Assembly: GCA_965238175.1 (NCBI GenBank)
Contig: CBDEGZ010000003.1
Location: forward strand, 2,112,001 to 2,176,000
Source: Gammaproteobacteria bacterium
GTDB lineage: Bacteria > Pseudomonadota > Gammaproteobacteria > CAJXQU01
Direction: 5' to 3'
Length of the DNA stretch: 64,000 nucleotides
In this document: piece by piece, positions 49,678 through 60,312 of the stretch
Layout of the letters: each line of letters begins with the position of its first letter
Numbering within the stretch: position 1 is the first letter of the stretch
Made by a program: the position numbers and the translations under genes
The notes under the pieces: generated by a model
Databases searched by the model: none
Told to the model about the DNA's origin: nothing
The model's input: only the letters and a program-made list of their open reading frames with translations

Positions 49678-50092
49678 TTAGTTGCCCAAGTTGAACAACT
49701 TTTTCAAACTAATACCAACACCACTAATATTGGGTTCTAAGATTAGTGCATCAGCAAATCTTCTACCTTTCCCTTTATTAAGGGTTTTAGCAACGTCAAA
49801 GCCCGTTAATTCTTTTTTGTCTTTAATGTCATTGTAGATAGAATTTATTAACTTGATGACATCGTCAGTTGTTTCGCAAACCGACTTTATTGGCAAAATG
49901 GACAGGCTCTATTTCTGCTATCACCATAGATCTTGATTCTGATGCTTTTCTTGCCATATTGGTGAAGTTTGCAATTAATGTATTTGTCAGAGGTTCTTTC
50001 CATCCGTAATCTAATACATAAATAAAATAGTCTCTACCATCAACAGTGTTTGGTAAATTTCCAAGATTATGTACATGAAGTCCCATTTTCAA
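49678..50092 (-). pseudogene. Frameshifted cassette gene (two overlapping part-ORFs)
   Basis: 49865-50092 and 49678-49896 lie in one cassette; C-terminus LEPNISGVGISLKK. Confidence 0.7.
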
Positions 50093-50194
50093 ATATTCTC
50101 CATAGGATGAAAGGCAACTAACGCCGCCAGCAGGGGTGACAAAACCAGAGCGAAGCGGCTATTTTGGCATCCCTCTGGCTGGCTTTGTTATACC

Positions 50195-50707
50195 TTATGC
50201 AGCAAACCACGGAAGCTCACCTTGTGTATTCTTGTTTTCAGGTACTTGACGAATAAAGACTAAATAATGTGCCTCAGATAAATCCCATAATTCTTCCATA
50301 TCAATCAGCTCAGTAGGAAAGTTTTGAACAACTGTAACCGCATAGATCCCTTTGTCTATTTTAATAATCTGGTCCTTTTCATGTGTTTCAGGAAGAACGG
50401 TGTCAGAAAATTGAGCAGCCATAGTAATAGAGTCGTAAGTTGTGAGAAGTAATTCACCGTCAGTATCAATAAAAGAACTGTAAGAACGATTGCCTTCAAT
50501 AGTAGGCTCTGAAAAGTGTACTTCTATATTCCAATTACAAGCCGTACAACCCCAAGCGACAATTCGGCCTTTTAAATTCTCGTTGCGAATATGCCCCTTT
50601 AGCTGCTCTAGCTCCCAATCTTTGCTGACATACCCTGAATAGTTTGAAGTATCCAATATGGCCAAGCAACCGTAGTCAGATGACAGTTCGAATTTCACGG
50701 GATTCAA
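50195..50707 (-). CDS. Cassette hypothetical protein
   Basis: 170-aa ORF bounded by attC sites. Confidence 0.8.
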   Translation of the reverse strand: MNPVKFELSSDYGCLAILDTSNYSGYVSKDWELEQLKGHIRNENLKGRIVAWGCTACNWNIEVHFSEPTIEGNRSYSSFIDTDGELLLTTYDSITMAAQFSDTVLPETHEKDQIIKIDKGIYAVTVVQNFPTELIDMEELWDLSEAHYLVFIRQVPENKNTQGELPWFAA

Positions 50708-50817
50708 TATTTATCTCCTTGGGTATAACGCCCTGTTAAGGGGCTGATAATGTTTGGCTAAAATGTGTAGCGAAGCGAAACCGAGCAAACTGTATAAAGT
50801 CCCACTTTAATTGCTTG

Positions 50818-51246
50818 TTATGTTTTACTTTCTCTACACTGCATTACCATTGTCCCTGATATACTATTCTGGCTTTCAAAGAAAGATGAATATTGCTCTT
50901 TTAAGTTTGCTGCAATGGCTGCACCTTCCAAAGCTTTAAGTGTAGCTTTAGCTTTTCGGAACTCCTTCATATACTCACTATCACACGTATAACGAGTGCT
51001 TAGATCCATATGGCTATGGTTATTTAGGTATTCTGATAGTTTTAACTTGAAGAATTTTATTTTTTGAGTATTGTCCTTGAATTCTAATTCTTTTTTAGAA
51101 AGATCTAGTTCTTTAGTTTTTATAGACTGTACTTCTTTATAAGCATTAATAAGATCGTCTTTTAAATAAGTTAAAACACTAACTGAGATCAAAACAATTA
51201 TAGATATTTGAGCACCTATAGATTTACTAATAGTTAATATTGACAC
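50818..51246 (-). CDS. Cassette membrane-anchored hypothetical protein
   Basis: N-terminal TM plus coiled coil. Confidence 0.75.
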   Translation of the reverse strand: MSILTISKSIGAQISIIVLISVSVLTYLKDDLINAYKEVQSIKTKELDLSKKELEFKDNTQKIKFFKLKLSEYLNNHSHMDLSTRYTCDSEYMKEFRKAKATLKALEGAAIAANLKEQYSSFFESQNSISGTMVMQCRESKT

Positions 51247-51367
51247 TAAACCTTCCTTAAAACATAACGCCTGCCGCAGCCGCTGCTAAAAATGGCGGTT
51301 GTTTTGCGGCTCTTTGCAAAACAAGTGACAGTTTTTGCAATCGGTTGCCGGCACTTGTTAGCTGTAT

Positions 51368-51883
51368 TTAGCATATTGCTAGCGACTTTTCTCTAGAAGA
51401 GCCTACACTAAGCTTAACCAACTCATCATAGAGTTCTTCACCTTCTCGTTCTTCGAACACTCCAATTACAAAATTATCTGTAGTATTCCATTTTTTAAAA
51501 GGTGAGCTCTCTGTGCTGCTCATATCATTTAGTTGAAGGCAGAGTTTACAATAAAAATCATATTGATATTTCACTAACTCTTCCCATGCCTCATCACTCT
51601 TACCAGCCATAAATTCTGATATTTTTTCATAGTGAGGTTCAAGAGATTCATTCATGGAGTCTTCTACATCTACAATCCATTCAGGTGGGCACCATTTAGT
51701 ATCATCTTCATATTCCCCTTCGATGTTGTAAGCGAAACATGGAGTTCCTAACATTGAATAGTCACAATAAAATAGCCAAAACCCACAGGAATATAAATTG
51801 TCTTGTTTAGGGGGATTATTTTCGATTGTTTCAATAATCGATTCTTTGATTTCTTTAAATGCTGATTCTAGTTCTATTTCCAT
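51368..51883 (-). CDS. Cassette hypothetical protein (DUF4303-like, immunity-like)
   Basis: Acidic; KWCPPEW motif. Confidence 0.7.
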   Translation of the reverse strand: MEIELESAFKEIKESIIETIENNPPKQDNLYSCGFWLFYCDYSMLGTPCFAYNIEGEYEDDTKWCPPEWIVDVEDSMNESLEPHYEKISEFMAGKSDEAWEELVKYQYDFYCKLCLQLNDMSSTESSPFKKWNTTDNFVIGVFEEREGEELYDELVKLSVGSSREKSLAIC

Positions 51884-51986
51884 ATCTACTTCCTACAGCT
51901 AACGCCGCAATAAAAGGCGAGCGTTAGCGAGTCCAGCCCACGCTTTTTGTGGGCGATTTTTAATTGCCTTGTTATATGTTTGCTTA

Positions 51987-52316
51987 TTAATAAGCCCCAC
52001 CTTTTGGTACACACCCGTCTTTGTCGTGAAGTTTACCTTCTGCAACAACTTTGTCGTTGGTGCAAACTTCGTTAAAGCTCCAAATATCAAATGCGTCACC
52101 TGGAACTGCATTTTCTTTAAGATGCTCTTCAAATTCTTCGAAGTCATCAAAGCCATAAATTCTAGGACAACTTGCTCCACGATATAGCCAGTGTTGGACT
52201 ACGATTGGACCCTTTGCCAAAACCTCCTGAATTTTAGATACACTTTCTTCAGAAAGAATTTTTACACCTTCTTCAGTCCACTCGTCTGGTTCGTATCTAT
52301 CAAATACTCGTTTCAT
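51987..52316 (-). CDS. Cassette hypothetical protein
   Basis: HWLYRGASCP..GKLHDKDGCVPKGGAY; bounded by attC sites. Confidence 0.8.
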   Translation of the reverse strand: MKRVFDRYEPDEWTEEGVKILSEESVSKIQEVLAKGPIVVQHWLYRGASCPRIYGFDDFEEFEEHLKENAVPGDAFDIWSFNEVCTNDKVVAEGKLHDKDGCVPKGGAY

Positions 52317-52392
52317 AGTGATTTACATATAACGACCCAGCTCACGGGATTTTGTGAAGCGCAGCGTAACAAAATTCCGGTGCAGCGCCTTG

Positions 52393-52767
52393 TTATGCGT
52401 TTTTGAATATAACTGCTGCTCGTTCACCTGACTCACCATAATATATTGCAAGATTTGGACTAATGCCGATTATTGTACCCCAACCGTAAAATTCAGTTTC
52501 TTCTACGGCCTTGTTGAAGGCCATCGACTTGCCATCAATCTCTATTGCTGATGATATTAATATGACCTTTTCATTTGTTTTTATCTTTATGCTCTTTACT
52601 GCATCATCTAGTGACTTAAACCATTTTGTACGCTTTTCGTTTAAAGGTGGATTATGATTGAGCTTATCTAGCAACTCTTTGCGTTTATTTGGTTTATTTA
52701 AGAATTGCTCATATCTGGCAATTCTTGTTTTATCAATTGCTAGATGAACCAGTGCTATTTCATTCAT
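52393..52767 (-). CDS. Cassette hypothetical protein
   Basis: Starts MNEIAL; stop in attC. Confidence 0.8.
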   Translation of the reverse strand: MNEIALVHLAIDKTRIARYEQFLNKPNKRKELLDKLNHNPPLNEKRTKWFKSLDDAVKSIKIKTNEKVILISSAIEIDGKSMAFNKAVEETEFYGWGTIIGISPNLAIYYGESGERAAVIFKNA

Positions 52768-52824
52768 TTTTAATACGCATAACGTCGCAAGCATGGGCGC
52801 TTTAGCGTCCAATGCCTTGCTTTG

Positions 52825-53151
52825 TTATGTTTTTGTATTTTTATATTCTTGAACATGATCTTGTACTAATTTGTATAATAGAAAATGATTGTAGAGCGCC
52901 ATATATAGACAACCAGTAAATATCATAGGTATTAGCAATAAAATAAACTTTTTAATTGGCTCGACATTTGCTGGCTCAATTTCTATGAATAATTCGGAAA
53001 TTTTTAAAGTAATTAAAAACACCAAAAACATACCTGGAAAAAACATGTTTGCAATCAGTTTAGATTTACCTATGCAAAAACCAAACGCTTTTTGTTTTTC
53101 TTTTTTATCAAATTCCTGTAATTCAGGAAATTTCTTATATGTATAATTCAT
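52825..53151 (-). CDS. Cassette 2-TM membrane protein
   Basis: Two hydrophobic segments; bounded by attC sites. Confidence 0.75.
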   Translation of the reverse strand: MNYTYKKFPELQEFDKKEKQKAFGFCIGKSKLIANMFFPGMFLVFLITLKISELFIEIEPANVEPIKKFILLLIPMIFTGCLYMALYNHFLLYKLVQDHVQEYKNTKT

Positions 53152-53240
53152 AATTTAAGGAACATAACGCCCAATTAAGGGGCTTTTTATAGTTTGCCAA
53201 AATGTGTAGCGCAGCGAAACAAGGCAAACTTTAAAAAGTC

Positions 53241-53490
53241 CCGCTTGAATTGCCTTGTTATATGCAGCATAAGTAAAACCAAACACAGCTAGCACTTAAA
53301 GGCACTTGTTATAAAACAACCAGCCGTAAACTTTTGAGCATTAAGCACAACTGGCCGAACTAAATTAATAACTTTGCTGCCTTTGAAAAAGGTGTAAATA
53401 ACAAAGTTTATTAGTGCATACACTAAACATTTTTAGCGAAAAACACTAAGTAAAAATATCTTGCTCTAATACGTTATCTTTTAAAGCATA
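53241..53490 (-). other. Gene-less (empty) integron cassette
   Basis: ~250 bp between two intact attC sites with no ORF of 60 aa or more. Confidence 0.8.
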
Positions 53491-53596
53491 TAACGCCGCA
53501 AACACGGGCAGGATAAAGATGGCGGATTTTTTGCGCCCTTTGCAAAAAAAGTGACAGCTTTATATTGTCCCATTGTGGTTTGCCTTGTTAGGTGCA

Positions 53597-53971
53597 TTAA
53601 TCTTCTAGGTCATTTTCTCTAGCAATTACAATCATTTTTTCGATTGCGGCTTGACTGCTGATCATTTCCTTTGCTAATTTTGCGGTTTCAATTGCTGAAT
53701 CATAGTCTTGGAATATTAAGAAACATGTATCACCTTCAGAGTCTGGTTCTAGATCATCAGGGTAGGCATCTAAACCTACTGCGATTCTAGACGCTAAAAC
53801 CAAACCCTGAATACCATAGCCATTCATATAATAATCGTTAATAGTATCCGTTTTGTATGTTTCTTTAAACCAACTCCAGTCATCAAATGACAGACGGACA
53901 TCATTCCATTCTGAATCCCTGCAATCAATAATTTCAAATGGATAGTAAGTAGTTTTATCAATATTGGACAT
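53597..53971 (-). CDS. Cassette protein, Imm51-like immunity protein
   Basis: MNGYG..LEPDSEGDTCF resembles the Imm51 pattern NGYxW..FDxExxxF. Confidence 0.6.
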   Translation of the reverse strand: MSNIDKTTYYPFEIIDCRDSEWNDVRLSFDDWSWFKETYKTDTINDYYMNGYGIQGLVLASRIAVGLDAYPDDLEPDSEGDTCFLIFQDYDSAIETAKLAKEMISSQAAIEKMIVIARENDLED

Positions 53972-54097
53972 TTCACTTCCTAATTATTTGTACAATTCAA
54001 AGCAACCTAACGCCCCAATAAGCGGCAAAAAATTGTTGGTTAAAATGTTGAACGGAGTGAAAACAACCAACTGTTTTTTGTCCGTTTGAATGCCTTG

Positions 54098-54508
54098 TTA
54101 GCAGTACGATAACTCAAACTCTGGATTACTTAAAATAGCCTCAATTAATTTTTGGTAACTATTTGAATTACAGATATAGCCAGAATATTTTTGATTATTG
54201 AAACTAAATTGATGCAGAGAGGAAAGTATTATTGATTGGTCATCAAGAAACTCTTCGAATGCAACAACACAAAAGCCAGAACTAGAAAAATCAAATAAAC
54301 CATTTATTGAAAGTTTGGTAATTACACCATCAGATACTTGAGTGTAAAACCATTGTAACTTTGAAATTTGGATACTAAGGTCTCGTAAGCACAGAGATAT
54401 TGCTTTCTCTGCTGTTTTCGATGAGTTTTTGACCAATGTATTAGATGGAAGGTGAATTACACTCCCAACAAAATTTCCTGATTTTTCCACTACGCCTATA
54501 TCTAACAC
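54098..54508 (-). CDS. Cassette hypothetical protein
   Basis: ORF bounded by attC sites. Confidence 0.7.
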   Translation of the reverse strand: MLDIGVVEKSGNFVGSVIHLPSNTLVKNSSKTAEKAISLCLRDLSIQISKLQWFYTQVSDGVITKLSINGLFDFSSSGFCVVAFEEFLDDQSIILSSLHQFSFNNQKYSGYICNSNSYQKLIEAILSNPEFELSYC

Positions 54509-54583
54509 TAAACTTTCCTTTACTGCTAACGGTTGAGCTCACGGGCGCGCGGGCTTTTTCGCGCGTCCGTGTGGAGAGATTTG

Positions 54584-55003
54584 TTAGGCATCATCATACC
54601 CATCATATATATCTAGATCGAGCAATATTCCTCTATCTCCAAGTGCTTTTAATGATGCTGGTGAAATACTCATGCCTTCATTACCTTCTTCCATAAAAAC
54701 ACCACAAAATAAATCGACTTTATATTGAGAGGTGATTTTCACCCATATTTTTAAATCAGAGCTCAGTTTGTTTAGTATTTCAGAAATCTGCGCATCTAAA
54801 TTTTCTGGCTTGTGTTCACTTGCTTTCAAGCTCCACATTCCAAATTTGTAAATATATTTTTTACCTGTTTTTTTTCCTGTTCTAACGTCACCTTTAGAAT
54901 ATTTATCAGAAGCATCACAACCGAGTAATTCTGTAATCTCAACTGGATTAAGTTCTTCTCCTATAATTCTTAAAGAAGCAAGTGATCGATATACTTGTGC
55001 CAT
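54584..55003 (-). CDS. DUF4279 family protein
   Basis: SLRIIGEELNPVEITELLG..GMWSL..LDLDIY. Confidence 0.8.
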   Translation of the reverse strand: MAQVYRSLASLRIIGEELNPVEITELLGCDASDKYSKGDVRTGKKTGKKYIYKFGMWSLKASEHKPENLDAQISEILNKLSSDLKIWVKITSQYKVDLFCGVFMEEGNEGMSISPASLKALGDRGILLDLDIYDGYDDA

Positions 55004-55108
55004 GATTTCAGATGCCTAACGCCCAATTAACAGGCAAAAGATGGTTGGCTAAAATAGTGAACGAAGTGAACAAAAGCCAACTGTTTTTTGTCCTTGTTGA
55101 ATTGCTTG

Positions 55109-55438
55109 TTATCCACTTTTAACTACCACTACTTGGATGTTAGTTACACCTGAAACACTCGATTCATTTGACCATAAATCAAGCTCATCTTGAATACTTC
55201 CAGTTATAATGTAAAAACGTCCAATATTTTGGGCTAATTCCATTGCCTGAAGTACCACAAGCGACCAATCACCTTTGGACTTTGGGGTTTCAAATGAGCA
55301 AGTAAAACCACCTTTATCGTATGGCTCAATTACTAACTTTGAGTGTGAAATACCTATAGATTTGAATACAGACTTCACAACTTTCATTGCCTTATCTTTA
55401 CTACCTGCATCCGTAAAAATTTTCCAAGAAATGCTCAA
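55109..55438 (-). CDS. Cassette hypothetical protein
   Basis: ORF with stop in attC; IEPYDKGG. Confidence 0.75.
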   Translation of the reverse strand: MSISWKIFTDAGSKDKAMKVVKSVFKSIGISHSKLVIEPYDKGGFTCSFETPKSKGDWSLVVLQAMELAQNIGRFYIITGSIQDELDLWSNESSVSGVTNIQVVVVKSG

Positions 55439-55457
55439 GCTAACTCCTGTGCATAAC

Positions 55458-56010
55458 GTATTCGCCAGAGTTTATGACTTGATACATATGCCCTTGTTTC
55501 TGGAACTCCTCTTTCTCCATTTCTGAGGTTATCTTAGGGTACCAAGGGTCACAGATCATTTAGACTCGCACTATCGACACATACCGATCCGATATGCCTT
55601 TGCTCCAAGTCACTATCAGAAACCTCTATATAATCTTTCTCTTCACGATCCCACACAGTGATACTCTTTCGATATTCAGTCGCTTTTTCAATGGAATCTC
55701 GAAGTGACACTACCTCCCTGTTTTTAAGATCTATCTGCTCTACATGAGCCACAGTGTCTTCAGCCAATCTGGAAAGCTCTTCTTCTCTTATTTTTATTCT
55801 CTCGCTGAGCTGCTTCTCAATGAACTCTGGCGCTCTTCGCTCGAGATCTAGGGCTTTGTCTTTCCAAAGCTTCAAGTTCTGCTCCGAGATTTTTAGCTGT
55901 GAATCTTTTAGCTGATTCACAGACCGTAGGTTTTTTATATATGCAGCATAAATAAAGCCAATTACTACTAAAGCAGTCAGGTTTGTAGCCGCAGCAATTA
56001 TTTCATACAC
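55458..56010 (-). pseudogene. Frameshifted, 3'-truncated cassette gene lacking its attC
   Basis: +1 shift near 55560 restores VDSASLMICDPWY..SGEY, which runs straight into the next cassette core GTTATGC. Confidence 0.7.
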
Positions 56011-56122
56011 AATAAATTCTCAGTTTTAAATGTGTGGCAGGATCTCGACAGGCTTATAACGCCTCAAACAGCGGCGCGCGTCAGCGCGTCCAGCCACGAA
56101 GTGGCGTTGCTGCTTTGACTTG

Positions 56123-56434
56123 TTATGAGTTTTCGTCAAGGTGCCATCCTACAATTTCACCAACGTCATCGTAGACGTTGTAGATAACCTCGCAATCACA
56201 GAACCCGCCATGCTCACCCAGCCATGGAACAACGACCTCTGGATTTAATTTTTGTAACTCGATGAATTCAATTGACTCCTTTAGTGTGTGATCACACTCT
56301 GGAGCTGATTCACGGTTTAAGAAAGAGAGAAGATCTTTAAGCTCATCGATACTCATTGGTATAGATGCGCGAATTTCATCTTGCTCATTTTTCTTGTACT
56401 GAGTCTTCAACTTTTTCTTCTGATCTTTATCCAT
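56123..56434 (-). CDS. DUF2695 family protein
   Basis: CDHTL..WLGEHGGFCDCEVIYNV. Confidence 0.88.
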   Translation of the reverse strand: MDKDQKKKLKTQYKKNEQDEIRASIPMSIDELKDLLSFLNRESAPECDHTLKESIEFIELQKLNPEVVVPWLGEHGGFCDCEVIYNVYDDVGEIVGWHLDENS

Positions 56435-56503
56435 ACTCAAGACTCATAACGCCGCGCTTTGCGAAGAGCGAGCGCAGCGAGTGATTCCGACAACAGCGCT
56501 TTG

Positions 56504-56845
56504 TTATGTGCTTTTTCTAACATGGTTATGGATGTACCTCATTACCTTGCTTTCCATAATTTGAATTAGTACTGGATCCATTCTTTCAAAATCGTCGGGG
56601 ATATCAAGGCAAATCATACGTTTTGTTTTCATAAGAGGCTTGAACTGTTTTGAAATCTTATTCCTATGGCTTTTTTCCATTACAAAAATTATATCGGACC
56701 ATTCAATTAAATCAACGCTGACTGGTGTTGCAGCATGCTTATTGGTGCCGCAGCCAATTGCATTGATGCCTTCATACTTAGAAAATACTTCCTCACCCGT
56801 CGGACTGCGCAATCTATTTTCACTACAAACGAATAGAAGATTCAT
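56504..56845 (-). CDS. Low-molecular-weight protein tyrosine phosphatase family protein
   Basis: LLFVCSENRLRSPT (CX5R), WSDIIFVME, CLDIPD. Confidence 0.9.
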   Translation of the reverse strand: MNLLFVCSENRLRSPTGEEVFSKYEGINAIGCGTNKHAATPVSVDLIEWSDIIFVMEKSHRNKISKQFKPLMKTKRMICLDIPDDFERMDPVLIQIMESKVMRYIHNHVRKST

Positions 56846-56983
56846 GATATTCCTAAGTACACATAACGCCTCATTATAGAGGCAAAAAATTGTTGGCTAA
56901 AATGTTGAACGGAGTGAAAACAGCCAACTGTTTTTTGTCCTTTTGAATGACTTGTTAGCAGTACATTGCCACCAAACCATACG

Positions 56984-57244
56984 TTACTTTAGATCTTTAT
57001 CATCTGCTACAGAGCCACGACTAAATAACATGAAAAGAGCTTTTGGCATGTAACCCGCGATAGCAACATAAGAAAATGAAACAGCACCAATTAACATACC
57101 GATAACCAGCTCCCAGTTTTGATATTTTCCTGAACCATTTTCGAGTACCGAAACTAAACTAAAACAGCAAACAATCCACATTAGCAAAGCAATGATAAAA
57201 GAAAGCACTCTAAATAGTGGACGAGCCTCGTTAGTTTTCATCAA
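56984..57244 (-). CDS. Cassette 2-TM membrane protein
   Basis: Hydrophobic segments; bounded by attC sites. Confidence 0.75.
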   Translation of the reverse strand: MMKTNEARPLFRVLSFIIALLMWIVCCFSLVSVLENGSGKYQNWELVIGMLIGAVSFSYVAIAGYMPKALFMLFSRGSVADDKDLK

Positions 57245-57315
57245 ACTCCCTGTACTGCTAACGCCAAGCTAAACCGCGCGTCTTTTCGCGTCGGTTTGAG
57301 CGTTTTGTTAGCAAT

Positions 57316-57747
57316 TTACTGAGAGACACTAAACAAAATATTTAGGTCATCTCTAAATCTAATAGAGTTAACAAGCCAATTATCTTCTGGCTTATAAAAA
57401 GTTAACTCCCAGTAAATAGCATGATTATTGAATTTATGGAGGTAATAATAACGAATTAGTGAGTCGCCTGCCTCCTCAGACCTAACGAAGTCACTACCAA
57501 TAGCCTTACCAAAACGCTGCTCGACTATTGGCCATTGAGTGTTGATGGTATTGGCTAAGCCATCAATTTCAACTTCCGATAAGGGCCAGTATGGTTTTGC
57601 TAGAGAAAGGCCTTCCTCAAAATGTTTTTTAATGAATTGGTTAATCACCTTATCGGACAACTCCCTTATTTCTTCTTTAGAGCTGAGAGTATCGGCTAGT
57701 GTACAAGCTGAGCTTAATAAAATTACCAATGAGAAAATGTACTTCAT
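57316..57747 (-). CDS. Cassette exported protein
   Basis: Signal peptide; RFGKAIG..FYKP..W. Confidence 0.8.
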   Translation of the reverse strand: MKYIFSLVILLSSACTLADTLSSKEEIRELSDKVINQFIKKHFEEGLSLAKPYWPLSEVEIDGLANTINTQWPIVEQRFGKAIGSDFVRSEEAGDSLIRYYYLHKFNNHAIYWELTFYKPEDNWLVNSIRFRDDLNILFSVSQ

Positions 57748-57860
57748 AGATAGACCCTTAATATTATGGTTGATTGCTAACGATTGAGTTAACGGGCTCG
57801 AAAAAGCAAGCGAGAGCGCCGCTTTTGAGAGTCCAACAGGTTTGAAAAACCTGCGTCTTG

Positions 57861-58232
57861 TTATGCGTGTTTTTCAAGCATTTTCTTTGCTTCATTGGGA
57901 ACATGTTCATAACTTGGATACTCCGGTTCCATTTTCTCTACAATTTTCCATTGCTCTATGGCTTTCTTTTTTTTATTAGCTTTTAGATATGATTCAGCTA
58001 AGAAGAGTCTAGCATCTCCTTCGCAGTAATGTGGTTTCAAGGATATGCCTTTTTCTAATTCATTTATTGATTGTTCTAAGTGCCCGAGTTTTTGTAAGCA
58101 GATTCCATAAGCTATAAAAAACCGAGCGTCTTCTTTTGCCTTTATAAGTTCTGGATATATAGTAAGGGCTTCAGGATGGCTTCCCTTTCCCTCGAGTTCG
58201 ATAGCTTGTTGATATAATGTTTCGGTATCCAT
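57861..58232 (-). CDS. TPR-repeat protein
   Basis: AYGICLQKLG, ARLFLAESY..KAIEQW. Confidence 0.8.
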   Translation of the reverse strand: MDTETLYQQAIELEGKGSHPEALTIYPELIKAKEDARFFIAYGICLQKLGHLEQSINELEKGISLKPHYCEGDARLFLAESYLKANKKKKAIEQWKIVEKMEPEYPSYEHVPNEAKKMLEKHA

Positions 58233-58312
58233 AGATGTTTTTTCACGCATAACGCCTTGCTCAGCGGAAAAATGCAAGCGCGAGCGAGTAGTTTTTCCGC
58301 TGCAGCAATTTG

Positions 58313-58543
58313 TTAGGCACTTTTATTATTGTTCCAAGAAATATCTACTTTTCTGTGATGAAGCACGCAGTCTCTTAAATACAAATTAATAAGACTTTGA
58401 TATGGAACTCCAGACTCAACAGACATATCTTTAAAATAGCTAATAATATCCTCACTAAGTCGCATAGTTACAGACTTTTTTAATTTTGAGGCGTAAGGGT
58501 TTTTCCTAGATTTTAATTTTGAAAGATCGTATTCTTTTTTCAT
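58313..58543 (-). CDS. brnA: BrnA-family antitoxin
   Basis: MKKEYDLS..NPY..VTMRL..YFK..GVPYQSLINLYL. Confidence 0.88.
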   Translation of the reverse strand: MKKEYDLSKLKSRKNPYASKLKKSVTMRLSEDIISYFKDMSVESGVPYQSLINLYLRDCVLHHRKVDISWNNNKSA

Positions 58544-58831
58544 GAGATATCACCTTGATAGAACTTACGTTCATTTTTAGTAGCTTTTCTAGCTGAGATA
58601 ATTCGAAGTACGTCACCTGATTGTTTTTCACAATGGCAAACCATGAGCATTCGTGATTTGTTACTGACACCTAAAATTAGAAACCTGTCTTCCTCTAATA
58701 TAGAATGTTCAGAATCATAAAATTGAACAGCAAAATCATCATAGAAAACGGATGATGCTTCTTCTAAAAGAAACACCATGTTTTTCAATGTTTTTTGAAG
58801 CTTTGACATCACTCCATTCAAACTTAATCAT
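58540..58831 (-). pseudogene. brnT: BrnT-family toxin with +1 frameshift
   Basis: MIKFEWSDVKASKNIEKHGVSF then EEASSVF..EDRF..RIISARKAT in another frame; 292 nt. Confidence 0.85.
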
Positions 58832-58955
58832 ACATACATTGTATGGAATAATTTGAAAATGTCAATTTGGGTTGCCTACGCCTTGCTCAGCGGAAAAATG
58901 CGAGCGCGAGCGAGTAATTTTTCCGATGAAGCAACTTGTTAGACTTTTAATAATT

Positions 58956-59534
58956 TTAGGTGGAAATCTTTTCTGCATTATAATGATTATTACCAATATC
59001 AGAGACTTTGGAAACAATACGAAACCCATATTTAGCCAAAAGCTCTTTGTATTTTTCTAAACCAAGTGAGTCACACTCAATGCCAGTGTTCAAATCGCTC
59101 CATTTTCCTTTTTCTGTTGGTGCTGTAAAGAAGAAAAATCCATTCTTTAACAGGATATTAGAAACCTTTTTGATAAGCTCTTCTTGTTCTGATTCAGGTA
59201 GAAGAAACAATAGACCGATAGCAATAACAGCATTAAAATTTTTACTGAAGAAATCCGATGTTTGAACACGTTCACACTTAGCAGGAATATTAGGAAACCT
59301 TAAACGAAACTCAGCAAGTAAGGTTTCTGAGCTATCAAGTGCCCAAAGATTCAATTCCGCTTTTTCAAGCTCAGAGGTAACGGGATAACCTCCTCCACAG
59401 GCGATCTCAAGAACTTCGGATCCTTTGGGTAAATTTTTAGCCCAGTTTTGTACTACTTTATAACCTGTATTAGATTTATCCCTACCACTTAAAAAAGTAT
59501 GAGCGTTTTGTTCATATGCTATTGCAGAGTTCAT
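58956..59534 (-). CDS. Class I SAM-dependent methyltransferase
   Basis: VLEIACGGG motif I. Confidence 0.88.
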   Translation of the reverse strand: MNSAIAYEQNAHTFLSGRDKSNTGYKVVQNWAKNLPKGSEVLEIACGGGYPVTSELEKAELNLWALDSSETLLAEFRLRFPNIPAKCERVQTSDFFSKNFNAVIAIGLLFLLPESEQEELIKKVSNILLKNGFFFFTAPTEKGKWSDLNTGIECDSLGLEKYKELLAKYGFRIVSKVSDIGNNHYNAEKIST

Positions 59535-59599
59535 AATGTTTTTTTAGCCTAACGCCTCAAGCATAGGCGCTTGCGTCCTATGCCTTGACTTGTTATCAC

Positions 59600-60184
59600 C
59601 TATTTTAAAGCTGAAATTATAACTTGGTTGTTTCTAAGCATTTCGCTAATCATATTATCGTACAAACCAGGAATATCTCGTTCTAAACCACCTTTTGCAC
59701 CAGTCATTACAGTTCCTTTTATGGAAACTTTGTTTTTAATAACATCTGTTGCGCTAATATCTCCATTACGATTCATAACATTAACTTTAATTTCATACCA
59801 AAGCTCTGCATTTTGATATCCATTAAAATGCCATTGCAGTATATCTATTGATAATGCTTTCCCAGATTTAGAATTTTTATACCCTAGGTTTACTAACTCT
59901 TCAGAAATATCTTTCTGAATCTGTTCTTTAAGAGGAACCTTATTAAGTGTAGTTACCTCGAATGCTTTTCCAAAACCGCCCCTGTAAAATCCTATTAGAT
60001 AATCAGGTCGCCCTTCCTTTAACACATAATCTCTTTTATCCTCAACTTGAACTGATACAAGGTTTTTACTTTCATCTTGTTGTTGTTCAGTTGGAATATG
60101 ATCAATATTGATATGTTGACCAACAGCGCACCCAGTTAAGATTGGAGGCGCTAACAATATAGCTGCCATAATAGCTTTTTTCAT
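59600..60184 (-). CDS. Cassette lipoprotein
   Basis: LTGC lipobox; VEDKR..RGGFG (YajG-like). Confidence 0.8.
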   Translation of the reverse strand: MKKAIMAAILLAPPILTGCAVGQHINIDHIPTEQQQDESKNLVSVQVEDKRDYVLKEGRPDYLIGFYRGGFGKAFEVTTLNKVPLKEQIQKDISEELVNLGYKNSKSGKALSIDILQWHFNGYQNAELWYEIKVNVMNRNGDISATDVIKNKVSIKGTVMTGAKGGLERDIPGLYDNMISEMLRNNQVIISALK

Positions 60185-60312
60185 TTTCAAATTCCTATAG
60201 TTAGTTGTGAATTGTGTGATAACGTTGAGCTAAGGGGCGTGGAGCGCAGCGGAACGTCCCAGCCGTAGGCGTCTTGAGCGATTTGTTATGTTGTCCGTTA
60301 TATATATTGGCA

